Source: an uncultured Bacteriovoracaceae bacterium (GTDB taxonomy: Bacteria; Bdellovibrionota; UBA2428). From it: a DNA stretch of 64,000 nt. Where the stretch lies: the NCBI GenBank assembly GCA_964636255.1, contig CAZWNW010000015.1, forward strand, positions 760-64,759, read 5' to 3'. Of this stretch, positions 47,865-57,140 are shown in pieces; within the stretch, counting starts at the first letter, position 1, and each line of letters begins with the position of its first letter. A program made the position numbers and the translations under genes. The notes beneath the pieces are model-generated. The model was not told the DNA's origin and made no database searches. It was given only the letters and a program-made list of their open reading frames with translations.

Positions 47865-48589
47865 GTTATCACGTCAAAGGCTGGGGCATCGCAGAATGCA
47901 GTGAAAGCGAGAGACTCGCCGATGATCCACGATTCCGACGAGCGAGTCCCTTAATGTTGTGGGCCGCAGCTGCAATTGAAAATCTCCTGAAGAACACTGA
48001 GAAAACGTGGGGTGATGCGCGCACGGCCTACATACTTGCTTCCAGTTATGGGGAGCTGACGTTGACCACAGAGTTTCTTCGGTCTCTGTCGTTGGACGGT
48101 GTCGCGCGTCCGATGCTTTTTCAAAGTAGTCTCTACAATGCGACGATTGGATTTTTGTCGATTCATTACCAGTGGCGTGGACCCACATTTACGCTTAGCA
48201 ATCGTCTCGCCTCGTCCGAGAGCGCCTTGGAAATGGCCAGTACGTTGATGCGCTCAGGTCTTGCTGATGATTGTTTAGTGATCGCCATGGACGAAGCTGT
48301 TGAATATTTTCAGGGAGCTTATTTAAAAATTTATGATCGCCCATTTGTATTCAAGGGTGGGGCTTCGGTTCTGTGGCTCAGTCGGAATAACAAAAATGCG
48401 CGCTCAAGTTTTGAACTCTATCCGGATGAAGACCAAGGACGTCGTTTGAGCGAATTGCACCCCATCGAATATTCAGACACCAATGTGCTACTAGAAGTCG
48501 CAAAACGCCTGGCGAAGAAGCAGACCGAAGAAGATTTCATCATCCCTAAACCCTGGGGCGCCTCGGTGCGTGTTCACTGGTCAGTGTGA
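47861..48589 (+). CDS. KS-like chain-length-factor protein (no catalytic Cys)
   Basis: 242 aa. ATGA overlap with the upstream KS. KS N-terminal-domain-like segments lack the Cys/His/His triad. Confidence 0.55.
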   Translation: MSYHVKGWGIAECSESERLADDPRFRRASPLMLWAAAAIENLLKNTEKTWGDARTAYILASSYGELTLTTEFLRSLSLDGVARPMLFQSSLYNATIGFLSIHYQWRGPTFTLSNRLASSESALEMASTLMRSGLADDCLVIAMDEAVEYFQGAYLKIYDRPFVFKGGASVLWLSRNNKNARSSFELYPDEDQGRRLSELHPIEYSDTNVLLEVAKRLAKKQTEEDFIIPKPWGASVRVHWSV

Positions 48590-48592
48590 GCG

Positions 48593-49243
48593 ATGAGTTT
48601 CTTGGATTTTAGTTTTCGTAGTTCCGCATTGAAGATGCACCGGCTGCCGGAATCTGAAAGGCCCCGTATTTATTTCAGCTTTGATGACGGACCCCGCGCG
48701 GGGAGTACGGAGCAGGTTTTAGACCTCTTCGATGAATTAGCTTTGACTGCTACATTTTTTGTCATCACCGAGCGGGTCCGGAAAAATCGCGCGCTTTTCG
48801 AGCGAACCGTTAAATCGGGACATGCAATTGGAGATCACAGCCTCGACCACAACTATTGGAACTATCTATCCTCTCGCGCCCAAGTCCAGAATTGGATCAA
48901 AGCCAGTTGGGAGGAACTTTCCGAGATGCTGGGGCGCCGCCCCGTTGGTTTTCGACCACCGGCGGGAGTGGTGACACCGCCCCTTCTTGCCAGCTTGGAA
49001 GAGCTTGGTATTCCGCTGATTTTATGGACCCATCGTTACTTTGATACCCGAAAGCCTCCGACCGAGATGGTGATGGCTCGCTCACTTCGACAGGCGCGGG
49101 ATGGAGATTTGCTTTTACTTCACGACGCTCTGCTGCCAGATCAGCAACGGCAGCTTTGTCAGACGCTTCGTCCAGTCCTGATTGAGCTTCGGGCTCGCGA
49201 CCTCTTGCCAAGTGCCATAGCGTCACTGAGAGGCGACACTTAA
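48593..49243 (+). CDS. polysaccharide deacetylase (NodB homology) family protein
   Basis: YFSFDDGP, GHAIGDHSLDHNY and LLLHD motifs. Confidence 0.65.
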   Translation: MSFLDFSFRSSALKMHRLPESERPRIYFSFDDGPRAGSTEQVLDLFDELALTATFFVITERVRKNRALFERTVKSGHAIGDHSLDHNYWNYLSSRAQVQNWIKASWEELSEMLGRRPVGFRPPAGVVTPPLLASLEELGIPLILWTHRYFDTRKPPTEMVMARSLRQARDGDLLLLHDALLPDQQRQLCQTLRPVLIELRARDLLPSAIASLRGDT

Positions 49244-49244
49244 A

Positions 49245-49871
49245 TTGAAACGCTTAAAGACTTTATTTGAAATCATCAAGATCCTCTGGAGTGGAGATAA
49301 TGTCGGTGACGTGGCAGTTTTGAAGCTTAGTCTCTTCTCGCGATCCGAGGGGCTACTTCCCACCAGTGAAGCCGCTCGAAAAATGAAGGAAACTAATTTC
49401 AAGGCGATCGAAATCGAAGAGCTGGCACTTTATCCCGCCGGAAGTTTTGGACGTGCTTATTTCGAATTTATGAAGCGTCATCGGCTGAAACCCTTCAATT
49501 TTTCAGATCGCGTCGAGTCCTATTATGAAAATTATCCTATCGCCATTCGTTACGCCCGAATTCACGACATGGTTCACGTTCTCTTGGGCTTCGAGGCCGA
49601 TTTTGAAGGCGAGCTAGGGGTCTACGCCTTTGTGGGGGCTTAGAATTATGTGCCTATCTTAACAAAAGCCTATCGGACGGCTCAGATCGTGCTTCGTTTA
49701 CTCAAGCCATGGAGCTGGCAGCGTTTGAGGGAAGTTGAAAGACGTGGAGCTATTTTGGCAATTGGAGCTCGTAACTTGATCCTAGAGCCATTGGAGACGA
49801 GGCTGGGGGATGATCTGGAAAGCCTCCGACGAGAGTATTTGCCCAATTGGCAGGCATTGGACCCGAAATAG
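49245..49871 (+). pseudogene. Coq4-family-like gene interrupted by an in-frame TAG (49641-49643)
   Basis: ORF 49245..49643 contains ARIHDMVHVLLGFEADFEGELG, matching the Coq4 HDxxH(x)nE zinc motif. ORF 49650..49871 is in the same frame two codons after the TAG. Confidence 0.4.
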
Positions 49872-50407
49872 CTCGTCTTGTTTTTTTTCGTCATGGAGGC
49901 CATGGATACTTTGAAGGCTTTTGGCTATTCTCTCGGCCTATGAAAACAAAATTATTTAGTGGTCTTGGAATTCTATTGGCAATTGGGATCTCGGCTTGCG
50001 GCAGCAAAAAAGTAGTCATGGACGCGGAATCGGGCGCCGTCACCAAGGCCGGCGTGATCGCAGTCAACGTCAACTGGATCAAAGACAAGAAAAAGAAGTT
50101 CGATATCGAATTTAAACTTACGAATGAGCGAACGGACGGCAAGGCACTGATCGTTAACTTGGCCGAAATTAAATGTGGTCGAGGAACGGACCCCGGTGAG
50201 ATGAAACATACTTTTTTCAATACGGGCGAAAAGACCATTAATCTTCATGGCGGAGAGACCAAACAGTTTCGAACTGTCTGCAGAATCGGCAAAGTCTCCG
50301 AAGGCAAAGCCTTCTTGGAAATCCTCCGCGTTTATGACAATCCGGCCAATGATGGAAAGACAATCGGAAAAATCCTAGCCCAAAAAATTCGCTGGCAAGA
50401 GAAATAG
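49847..50407 (+). CDS. lipoprotein, unknown function
   Basis: Internal Met MKTKLFSGLGILLAIGISACGSKK has a lipobox. Likely start near 49940. Confidence 0.4.
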   Translation: MAGIGPEIARLVFFRHGGHGYFEGFWLFSRPMKTKLFSGLGILLAIGISACGSKKVVMDAESGAVTKAGVIAVNVNWIKDKKKKFDIEFKLTNERTDGKALIVNLAEIKCGRGTDPGEMKHTFFNTGEKTINLHGGETKQFRTVCRIGKVSEGKAFLEILRVYDNPANDGKTIGKILAQKIRWQEK

Positions 50408-50416
50408 AGCTTTTAG

Positions 50417-50893
50417 ATGTTGAATTTCAAAATCGCTCTACTGGCGTTGGGACTTCTTCCATTTTTTCCGCAAAGTGCCGAAGCTCAATCAGCTGCTGAT
50501 CGAGCGGTTGTTCGCGAATGTCTCAAGAATTGGCCCAAGGCGCCCTTCAAGGATTCAGAGTCCCTATCATTTGACGTGCTGGAACCGAGTGTGAAAGTGA
50601 TCGGTATCGGAGGCAAGGACATTTATGACGGCCCAAGCGAGAAAGCAAAGCTCGTTTTGGTTAAAGCCTCTGTCAATGTGATGAGTAAATCGACCATGAA
50701 GCTGATGAACCCTAAGGGTTGGTACTGCATCAAGGGTTCCACTGCCGTATTGGGTTCTGTGCACTTCGAAGTTGATTGTAAGGCACAGGTCGCCTCCGTG
50801 AATGACGGAAAAGTCGCGGTATTGGGAGCTGCGGAAAAAGAAGGCGTGGCCGTATTGGGTTCAGTGCGTTTGAAGCGACTGAATTGCCCGTAA
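50417..50893 (+). CDS. secreted hypothetical protein
   Basis: Signal peptide MLNFKIALLALGLLPFFPQSAEA. 158 aa. Confidence 0.4.
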   Translation: MLNFKIALLALGLLPFFPQSAEAQSAADRAVVRECLKNWPKAPFKDSESLSFDVLEPSVKVIGIGGKDIYDGPSEKAKLVLVKASVNVMSKSTMKLMNPKGWYCIKGSTAVLGSVHFEVDCKAQVASVNDGKVAVLGAAEKEGVAVLGSVRLKRLNCP

Positions 50894-50901
50894 TATAGGT
50901 C

Positions 50902-50936
50902 GAGCAGGCCGCAAGTTGCGGCCTGCTCTTAGTTTC
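50902..50936. terminator. bidirectional rho-independent terminator
   Basis: 13-bp perfect inverted repeat GAGCAGGCCGCAA/TTGCGGCCTGCTC followed by TTAGTTTCT. Lies between convergent genes 50417..50893(+) and elbB(-). Confidence 0.65.
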
Positions 50937-51603
50937 TGGCCAATTGTAAAACGTTCTTAACCAGTGCCTGAATTCCCTTGAAGATATCGGCCAAGGGAGC
51001 CTGATCCAGCATATAGGCTGGGCTTGTAACGATTTTGTTTTTTGCATCGACGACACAGTCACTGGCAGCACAGACTTGGTGCAGGTGCCCCATTTTTTCG
51101 ATTTCATCGGAAGCTTCCGATCGCGACCCCACCGTCAGAGTAAAGGCCGAATTTTTGAAGGCAAGTCCAACGATGGCCGGCGCAATGCAAATAGCACCCA
51201 TAGGTTTTTTCGATGAATAAAATTCAACTAATATTTTTTGGAGATCATCCCGCAATTTTCCATTCGATCCACGACTGGCAAAATCGCACAAGTTTTTCGC
51301 AGCGCCGAAGCCTCCGGGGATAATGACGGCCTCGAAATCGCTTGCACGCAGCGTTTTTAAATCTCGGACATCACCGCGAGCAATGCGGGCAGCTTCTACG
51401 CGCATGTTGCGCGACTGATCCTTCATCGTCTCGCCACTGAGGCAGTTGACGACGTCGCTTTGAAGTTCGTCGGGAGCAAAACATTGAAATTCGACTCCTT
51501 CCTGGCTGAGGGCAATCAATGTGCTGACGCTTTCGCGAATTTCGCTTCCATCTTTGTATCCCGATCCACAAAGAATTACGGCCACTCTTTTAATTGCTGA
51601 CAT
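50929..51603 (-). CDS. elbB: ElbB (DJ-1/PfpI-family glyoxalase-like protein)
   Basis: Near-colinear similarity to E. coli ElbB: VAVILCGSGYKDGSEIRE, CFAPD, IIPGGFGAAKNL, ICIAPA and KIVTSPAYML. Confidence 0.8.
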   Translation of the reverse strand: MSAIKRVAVILCGSGYKDGSEIRESVSTLIALSQEGVEFQCFAPDELQSDVVNCLSGETMKDQSRNMRVEAARIARGDVRDLKTLRASDFEAVIIPGGFGAAKNLCDFASRGSNGKLRDDLQKILVEFYSSKKPMGAICIAPAIVGLAFKNSAFTLTVGSRSEASDEIEKMGHLHQVCAASDCVVDAKNKIVTSPAYMLDQAPLADIFKGIQALVKNVLQLARN

Positions 51604-51660
51604 GGCGCAAGTTTAATTCCACTTTGCGATAGTGAAAAGAATTAACTTCGAAATGCTCGC

Positions 51661-52752
51661 TCAGCGACGACGTGCGTATGATTTTTCGAAGGCATGTTGT
51701 TCGGCCGCAAGATGTTTAATGAGGCCATGAAAATTAGCCTGCTTATTTTTCTTTACGCGTGTATCGTTTAATTCAAGTTTCGAGGAGCGCAGACTAAGGC
51801 TGCGTTCGGAATCAATCTGAGTAAAGAGAGTTTTTTCATCATAGGTGACAACCCAATCATATTGTTGAATGTAGGTGCCACTTAAAATTTTAGCAAAGTT
51901 TGCCGCAGATCCCGAAGATCTTTCACCCGTGTATTGATCGATTTCAACCATTCCCGTACGTGGATGTTTCAGTGGCTTCAGGCCCCAGCTGAGCTTAGGT
52001 AGATCGGGACAAAGATGAAGTCCCATTTCATGTCCGACGCTGAGTCCATAAATCAGGAGGAGGGAGTGGGAATCATCTCCAGCTCGACCCGCTCGCAATA
52101 AGGCCCGGGCGGCGAGGCCGCGACGAATGTCTTCGCAGCATTTTGCGCGATCCACTTTTTTGGATCTGCTGCTTGATAAAAATATTTTGCTTGCGATCCA
52201 AGAATCAGTCCATCGCAAGAGATCGGCATTGGCTCGGAGCCGCGCAATACGAATGCCTCTGCGAAAAGTCTCCTCTTCCAATCGATTGAAATAGGCGAAT
52301 TCGGCGTCTGATTTGGATGGCTCGCGAAGTTCTTCGTAGGCAAAGGGGCGTGTGAAGCTCCTTCGACCCGTCTCCCAGCGGGGTTTCGAGGCCGGCATTT
52401 CGCGGTCGATCAAGGGATTTCCTTCTCGACCCGAGGGAAGGGGAGGTAGGTGAAAGACAGAAGTCTCTAAAACCTGCGTCCACGCAGCGCGCGCCTCAGT
52501 AAAATCTTCTCGAGCCTGGCCTTCATCGTATAAAATGGCAATTTCTTCTAATACTTTGAGATCTAGTAATTCACGTTCTTGGACTTCGGCCTTTGCATTC
52601 AGCGGGTCCCAGCCCCAAATGCAAAAGAGGGTCAAAATCCTACAGATGAAGGGGGTCCGTAGATTCATTAAATTGTGTTTAATGACGTTCGAAGTTTTAT
52701 GCTCCAAACCCGGACAAACATCTTTGATCCGAAAGATTTGCCTATGATTCAA
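51661..52752 (-). CDS. secreted protein with HEXXH motif (putative zinc metallopeptidase)
   Basis: GLSVGHEMGLH contains HEXXH. Signal-like MNLRTPFICRILTLFCIWGW at an internal Met. Confidence 0.4.
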   Translation of the reverse strand: MNHRQIFRIKDVCPGLEHKTSNVIKHNLMNLRTPFICRILTLFCIWGWDPLNAKAEVQERELLDLKVLEEIAILYDEGQAREDFTEARAAWTQVLETSVFHLPPLPSGREGNPLIDREMPASKPRWETGRRSFTRPFAYEELREPSKSDAEFAYFNRLEEETFRRGIRIARLRANADLLRWTDSWIASKIFLSSSRSKKVDRAKCCEDIRRGLAARALLRAGRAGDDSHSLLLIYGLSVGHEMGLHLCPDLPKLSWGLKPLKHPRTGMVEIDQYTGERSSGSAANFAKILSGTYIQQYDWVVTYDEKTLFTQIDSERSLSLRSSKLELNDTRVKKNKQANFHGLIKHLAAEQHAFEKSYARRR

Positions 52753-52774
52753 AGGCAGGGCAAACTAGCCGCGC

Positions 52775-53914
52775 ATGCCATTACTCCATAATATTCAATC
52801 ATCTTTCCTTAATTTGACGATTCTACTGGGCCTTGCTTCATGCGGTTTGCAGCTCAGCCAGGGTGGGCCTAAGACACCAAGATCAGAGAGCGATTCGTCC
52901 TTTGTTAGTGGTGGTCAGGCGGTTTCCCTTGGTTATGGGACAAACTGTTTGGTCCAAGACGAAGCTCTGAAGTGTTGGGGAAAAATGTTCTATTGTAGTA
53001 ACGGCGAATGCATCACAGAGTCGGATCCGGCTTCGCGCACTCTTCACACTGTTCGCAGTAGCAACGTTCACTCGGTCTCCGTTGGTGCCAATGGAATTTG
53101 TTATGTGACTGTGGATCAGAAACTTCGTTGTTGGGGCTCTAATGAATATGGCGAACTCGGAAGCGGCGAAACTTTCTCGGGTTACGCTACCGGTGAACGG
53201 GAAGTATTCTCAACGAAGGTTCAAGCACTCTCCTTCAGGAATCGCCATGCCTGTGCGATTGTGGCGGATGCACTTTATTGCTGGGGGCAAAATAACTATG
53301 GCCAGATCGGTAATGGTCAAAGTGGAAATTCCGTGAGCAGTCCCTATAAGGTTTTTGATTCCGGGGTCACGGCTGTGTCCGTGGGCAATCATCATAGTTG
53401 CGCCCAGGTTGATGGCTCACTTTACTGTTGGGGTGCAAATTGGGACGGACAAATTGGCAATGGCCAACGCGAAGACCGCGTGCCGACGCCTTATAAAGTT
53501 CTCGACGGGGAGATTGAAAAAATCAGTTTGGGATACAGTTATAGCTGTGTCGTTCAAGGTGGAAAACTTAGTTGTTGGGGCGCAACTTGGAACGGTGCTG
53601 TTGGAAATGGTGTCGCTTTGGACCAGGACCGTGCCTACGCTCTTAGCCCAGTTGAAATCATTGCCTCGGGTGTTACGGATATCGCGACTTCCAATGCTTT
53701 GACCTGTGCGGTGGCAAGCGGGGATCTTCGGTGCTGGGGGACGGCGGAAAGTCTCTTTCCAAACTTTTCGCTCCCTGAGACGAATGCTAGTCCTCAGAGA
53801 ATCATGGCCGCCTCGGCGACCTCCTGGGTCAGCACCGGACTGAATCATTTGTGTCTGGGTGATCAAGGCGAGTTGACGTGTTTCGGGGATTCACTGTGGG
53901 AACAGGCCCTGTGA
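52775..53914 (+). CDS. RCC1-repeat (beta-propeller) lipoprotein
   Basis: Lipobox LLGLASCG. Six or more repeats of CWG.N..GQ(I/L)GNG (for example YCWGQNNYGQIGNG, YCWGANWDGQIGNG). Confidence 0.75.
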   Translation: MPLLHNIQSSFLNLTILLGLASCGLQLSQGGPKTPRSESDSSFVSGGQAVSLGYGTNCLVQDEALKCWGKMFYCSNGECITESDPASRTLHTVRSSNVHSVSVGANGICYVTVDQKLRCWGSNEYGELGSGETFSGYATGEREVFSTKVQALSFRNRHACAIVADALYCWGQNNYGQIGNGQSGNSVSSPYKVFDSGVTAVSVGNHHSCAQVDGSLYCWGANWDGQIGNGQREDRVPTPYKVLDGEIEKISLGYSYSCVVQGGKLSCWGATWNGAVGNGVALDQDRAYALSPVEIIASGVTDIATSNALTCAVASGDLRCWGTAESLFPNFSLPETNASPQRIMAASATSWVSTGLNHLCLGDQGELTCFGDSLWEQAL

Positions 53915-54528
53915 TGCGCGTTCTCTGTTTTGGGGATTCGAATACCTGGGGATATCAACCCAGAAGTGGCGAACGTTTTCCAAAGCCCGCACGGTGGACG
54001 CAAATACTCCAAACTCAGTTGGGCTCGCAGTACGAAATCATCGAAGAAGGTTTGAACGGACGAACCTTTAACAGCGATTATCAGGGGCGTTTAGGGAAAA
54101 ATGGTCTGCAGTATTTGCGACCATGTTTAGATTCGCATTATCCCGTGGATGTTTTGATTTTGTGGCTGGGTACCAATGACACAAAGGTAGAATTTTCACT
54201 CAGCCCCGAACGCATTTGTGATGGCCTTCGATGTTGTTTGGCTGCTGCACGCGGTGAGGGGATCGAGCGACCCACGCTTGGAATGAAGATCATCGTCGTG
54301 GCACCGCCGCTCATTTGCGAAAAAGACATCGCGGGTGATGAGGCCTTCGTCGGAGCGGAAGAGAAAACGCGTCAACTGCCGAAACTCTTCGAGAAGTTGA
54401 CTGGCGAATATGCTGCCCACTTTGTGGATCTCTCGCGCCAAATTCAACCAAGCTCGTTGGATGGTTGTCATGTTGATATCGAGAATCAAGGAAAAGTTGC
54501 CGAGATCATGGCTCGCGCAATACGATAA
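53913..54528 (+). CDS. SGNH/GDSL-family hydrolase
   Basis: MRVLCFGDSNTWG is block I GDS. GTND, and DGCH near the C-terminus (DxxH). TGATG overlap with the upstream gene. Track ORF starts at 53878. Confidence 0.7.
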
Positions 54529-54544
54529 TTTTCACAGGAATCAA

Positions 54545-55504
54545 TTACTTATTTTTTAGTATGCGACTTAGTTCTATTTTAACTTTATCAAAATGTTCAT
54601 ACCTTAGTTTCTTTCCATTTTTTTCGAAAATTAGCTGGGGCAAAATACCGTTATTTGCATAGCTATTCTTGGGCGCTTCGTTGTAGAGGGGATCTTGGAA
54701 TGCCTCGGCTGCGCTGATGATTTTCCAGCCCGCCATGCGGAGACCCTTGACGATCTGCTCGATGTACATCACGGTGATGTCCCTCTCGTGCAGTAAAAGT
54801 ATGTGTTTAGGGGAACGGCCTAGGTTTTCTCTAGCTAGCCCATCGTAAAATTCCGCAGCTCCCAGTACGTGTTCTAAAAAAAGCTTCTCGATTTTTTTGT
54901 AATCAACGCTCAGACCTCGTCGTCGAGCTTCATTCACGCGAAACGAAAAATAATAGTCGTCGTTGTCGACCGAGACCATTCCATTTCGATAATGATTGGC
55001 GGCGAGCCATAGGCGCATTTGATCGCGCATCTTGGTCTCAGTTCCCTCATTGAGCATAGGATAGCGAAAGAAGCGTGCGCTCCCGTCATAGAGGGGTCGA
55101 AGCAATTCATCGGCCAATCGCACGTCGGCTGAAAATTTATCAAATCCAACAGTGTCGAATCTTGGGTGAGTGCAACTGTGATTGGCTATTAAGTGACCGG
55201 CGTCGCGATAAGTCTTAAGCTGCGCGATGACTCCCTTGCGGTCGGCGCGTTTACAAGGATTAGCAAATATCATAACTGGCGGTACCTGTAGTTCCGCTAA
55301 TTTTTCGATCAAGATGCGTGTGCGTTCCTGACTCGTAAAGTGGGGTGAATCGGGCATCGGAGCATCATCGAAAGTCAGTGCGATTTCTTTGGCTGGTGCG
55401 TGAATGGATGCGAGCAGGAGAAAAAAAATAAAGAGCTGATGGAAAGCATGAATTCGCATCGAAGAATTGATCCTAACGCAAGGGATAAGAAGGGTCACCT
55501 GCAC
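54545..55504 (-). CDS. secreted polysaccharide deacetylase (NodB) family protein
   Basis: ALTFDDAP and LIANHSCTHP motifs. Signal peptide at the internal Met MRIHAFHQLFIFFLLLASIHAPA. Confidence 0.65.
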   Translation of the reverse strand: MQVTLLIPCVRINSSMRIHAFHQLFIFFLLLASIHAPAKEIALTFDDAPMPDSPHFTSQERTRILIEKLAELQVPPVMIFANPCKRADRKGVIAQLKTYRDAGHLIANHSCTHPRFDTVGFDKFSADVRLADELLRPLYDGSARFFRYPMLNEGTETKMRDQMRLWLAANHYRNGMVSVDNDDYYFSFRVNEARRRGLSVDYKKIEKLFLEHVLGAAEFYDGLARENLGRSPKHILLLHERDITVMYIEQIVKGLRMAGWKIISAAEAFQDPLYNEAPKNSYANNGILPQLIFEKNGKKLRYEHFDKVKIELSRILKNK

Positions 55505-55510
55505 CGCAAT

Positions 55511-55807
55511 TCAGTCTCTCAGAATTCGAAAACCGTCATTCAGTGGATTCTGCTCTAGATCCACAATTTCGACTTGAAGGCGGTTGACTTTAACGGGGGG
55601 AATCATTCGGCTACGAAGAATGTCCTCGAGATCTTTGATGCGCCAATCGGGTCCCTTCACGCAGACTTCGACATTTCCTTCTGGGAGATTTCGCACAAAT
55701 CCCGACAAATGACCGATCATGTCCACCCATTCCTGCACCTGCGCGCGACATCCGACGCCCTGAACGTGCCCCTCTAAGATGAATCGCTTGGCGATGTATT
55801 GAGGCAT
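55511..55807 (-). CDS. acylphosphatase
   Basis: ILEGHVQGVGCRAQV matches the acylphosphatase signature V.G.VQGV.FR. 98 aa. Confidence 0.65.
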   Translation of the reverse strand: MPQYIAKRFILEGHVQGVGCRAQVQEWVDMIGHLSGFVRNLPEGNVEVCVKGPDWRIKDLEDILRSRMIPPVKVNRLQVEIVDLEQNPLNDGFRILRD

Positions 55808-55830
55808 AGGTGGAACTTACCTTAACACGA

Positions 55831-55867
55831 GGCCCAGAGGAAGATTCGGCAAATCTTCCTCTGGGCC
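55831..55867 (-). terminator. 15-bp-stem hairpin downstream of 55880..56995, putative terminator or attenuator
   Basis: GGCCCAGAGGAAGAT-TCGGCAA-ATCTTCCTCTGGGCC is a perfect inverted repeat. It sits between two same-strand genes. The U-tract is weak. Confidence 0.4.
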
Positions 55868-55879
55868 AGTTCCAAAAAA

Positions 55880-56995
55880 TTAACGCTGAATATTGTCTTT
55901 TTCCATACCTGCTTCGATCCTACGGGTGACTTCCTCTTTTGTTGTCCCAAGCTCGATCCCGATGATTTGGGCTTTGCTATCAATTTGTTGGACAAGGGTC
56001 TGAGGCTTTACGATCACGATCGGCTCTTCGCGACCGGCACGAAATTCTGGGCCCTCATTCAGGGGTGCCACAGTTAGAGTCAGGCGCCCGTTTTGAAGGC
56101 TTGTGTAGAGATATTTTTCATCAGCCGCGCTGACTAAATCCTTTTGCCGCATGACTTCAACAAGAAGTCGGTCCATGCGCGCATTTTTTTCGATATTCCA
56201 ATTAGGAACTTGATCGTGCGCGATCTCACTGGGAGTAAAGAGGATACTTAGAGCTCCCAAGGCTCCCGCAGTTCTTGGGCCGTGCTCCATGAAGTTTTCA
56301 AAAGCTTCTTTGGCTCCGTCATAGAGATTTTCATAATCCGAGTTCACTTCATCTGATGAGGAATAGGTGTAACCACCAAAGCTCCATCGGAATTGACCAA
56401 GTCGATTCTCGAGATCAACATCGGTATTCGCCTTCGGATCCACCACGGACGGTGAAAGGGTGCCTTGCATTTTCATTTCCTCGACCTGTTTTTGATTGAG
56501 ACTCACGCCACCCGCGATAGCACCGGCTGCCGCAGCAGAATTGTAGGCACCGATTTTAAAGCTCGCATCACCGACACCCAATAAGAAAGTGCATCCATCG
56601 ACGCAGGCTGCATAACCCACAACAGCAATGGCCGCGACCATGGCGATGGCTTCTTTATTTTCATCGATCCAGTAACCAGTTTTTTTAACGCTTGTTTTGA
56701 TATCACTCAGAAGCTTTTCGCTTTGTGGTGACTTTTTGCCATGTAGGGCATCGAAGATTCCTTTTTGGCGATCGACGACCTTTTTACGGCATCTGCTTTT
56801 TTTGCCTCTCAGTACATCGATATGACCCTGCACATGGCAGTCTATCGACTTACTTTTTTTGGACTTTTTTCCACGGGCTTTGTCGATAATGCCTTGGCCA
56901 ATTTTTCCAAAAGCAGCCGCCTGCATGGGAGTGATGAGGATGCTGCTAACGGTAAGCGCAAAGACCAGTGATTGGATGTTTTTAGTTTTTTTCAT
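55880..56995 (-). CDS. secreted hypothetical protein with N-terminal basic GKKS repeats
   Basis: Signal peptide MKKTKNIQSLVFALTVSSILITPMQAAA. Three copies of IDxxRGKKS-like units (IDKARGKKS, IDVLRGKKS, FDALHGKKS). Confidence 0.4.
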   Translation of the reverse strand: MKKTKNIQSLVFALTVSSILITPMQAAAFGKIGQGIIDKARGKKSKKSKSIDCHVQGHIDVLRGKKSRCRKKVVDRQKGIFDALHGKKSPQSEKLLSDIKTSVKKTGYWIDENKEAIAMVAAIAVVGYAACVDGCTFLLGVGDASFKIGAYNSAAAAGAIAGGVSLNQKQVEEMKMQGTLSPSVVDPKANTDVDLENRLGQFRWSFGGYTYSSSDEVNSDYENLYDGAKEAFENFMEHGPRTAGALGALSILFTPSEIAHDQVPNWNIEKNARMDRLLVEVMRQKDLVSAADEKYLYTSLQNGRLTLTVAPLNEGPEFRAGREEPIVIVKPQTLVQQIDSKAQIIGIELGTTKEEVTRRIEAGMEKDNIQR

Positions 56996-57140
56996 TTTTA
57001 TCTTTCCTTCTTCAACTTGCAGGTTTTTTCCAGGTATCTGGGATCACGTTATGAAGGATCGAAAGAATTCGGGATAGCTTTCATTTATAAAGAATGATAA
57101 AGTAACTTTAGTAAAACTGAATAAATATGATAAATATCAA

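Noticed and set aside
6300-49750. Apparent 1-nt frame inconsistencies between my character-level reading of the displayed sequence and the ORF-track coordinates (near 6300, 49620, 49740)
   Set aside because: Most likely counting or display artefacts at line boundaries rather than real frameshifts. I therefore relied on ORF-track coordinates and flagged my own sub-ORF coordinates as approximate.
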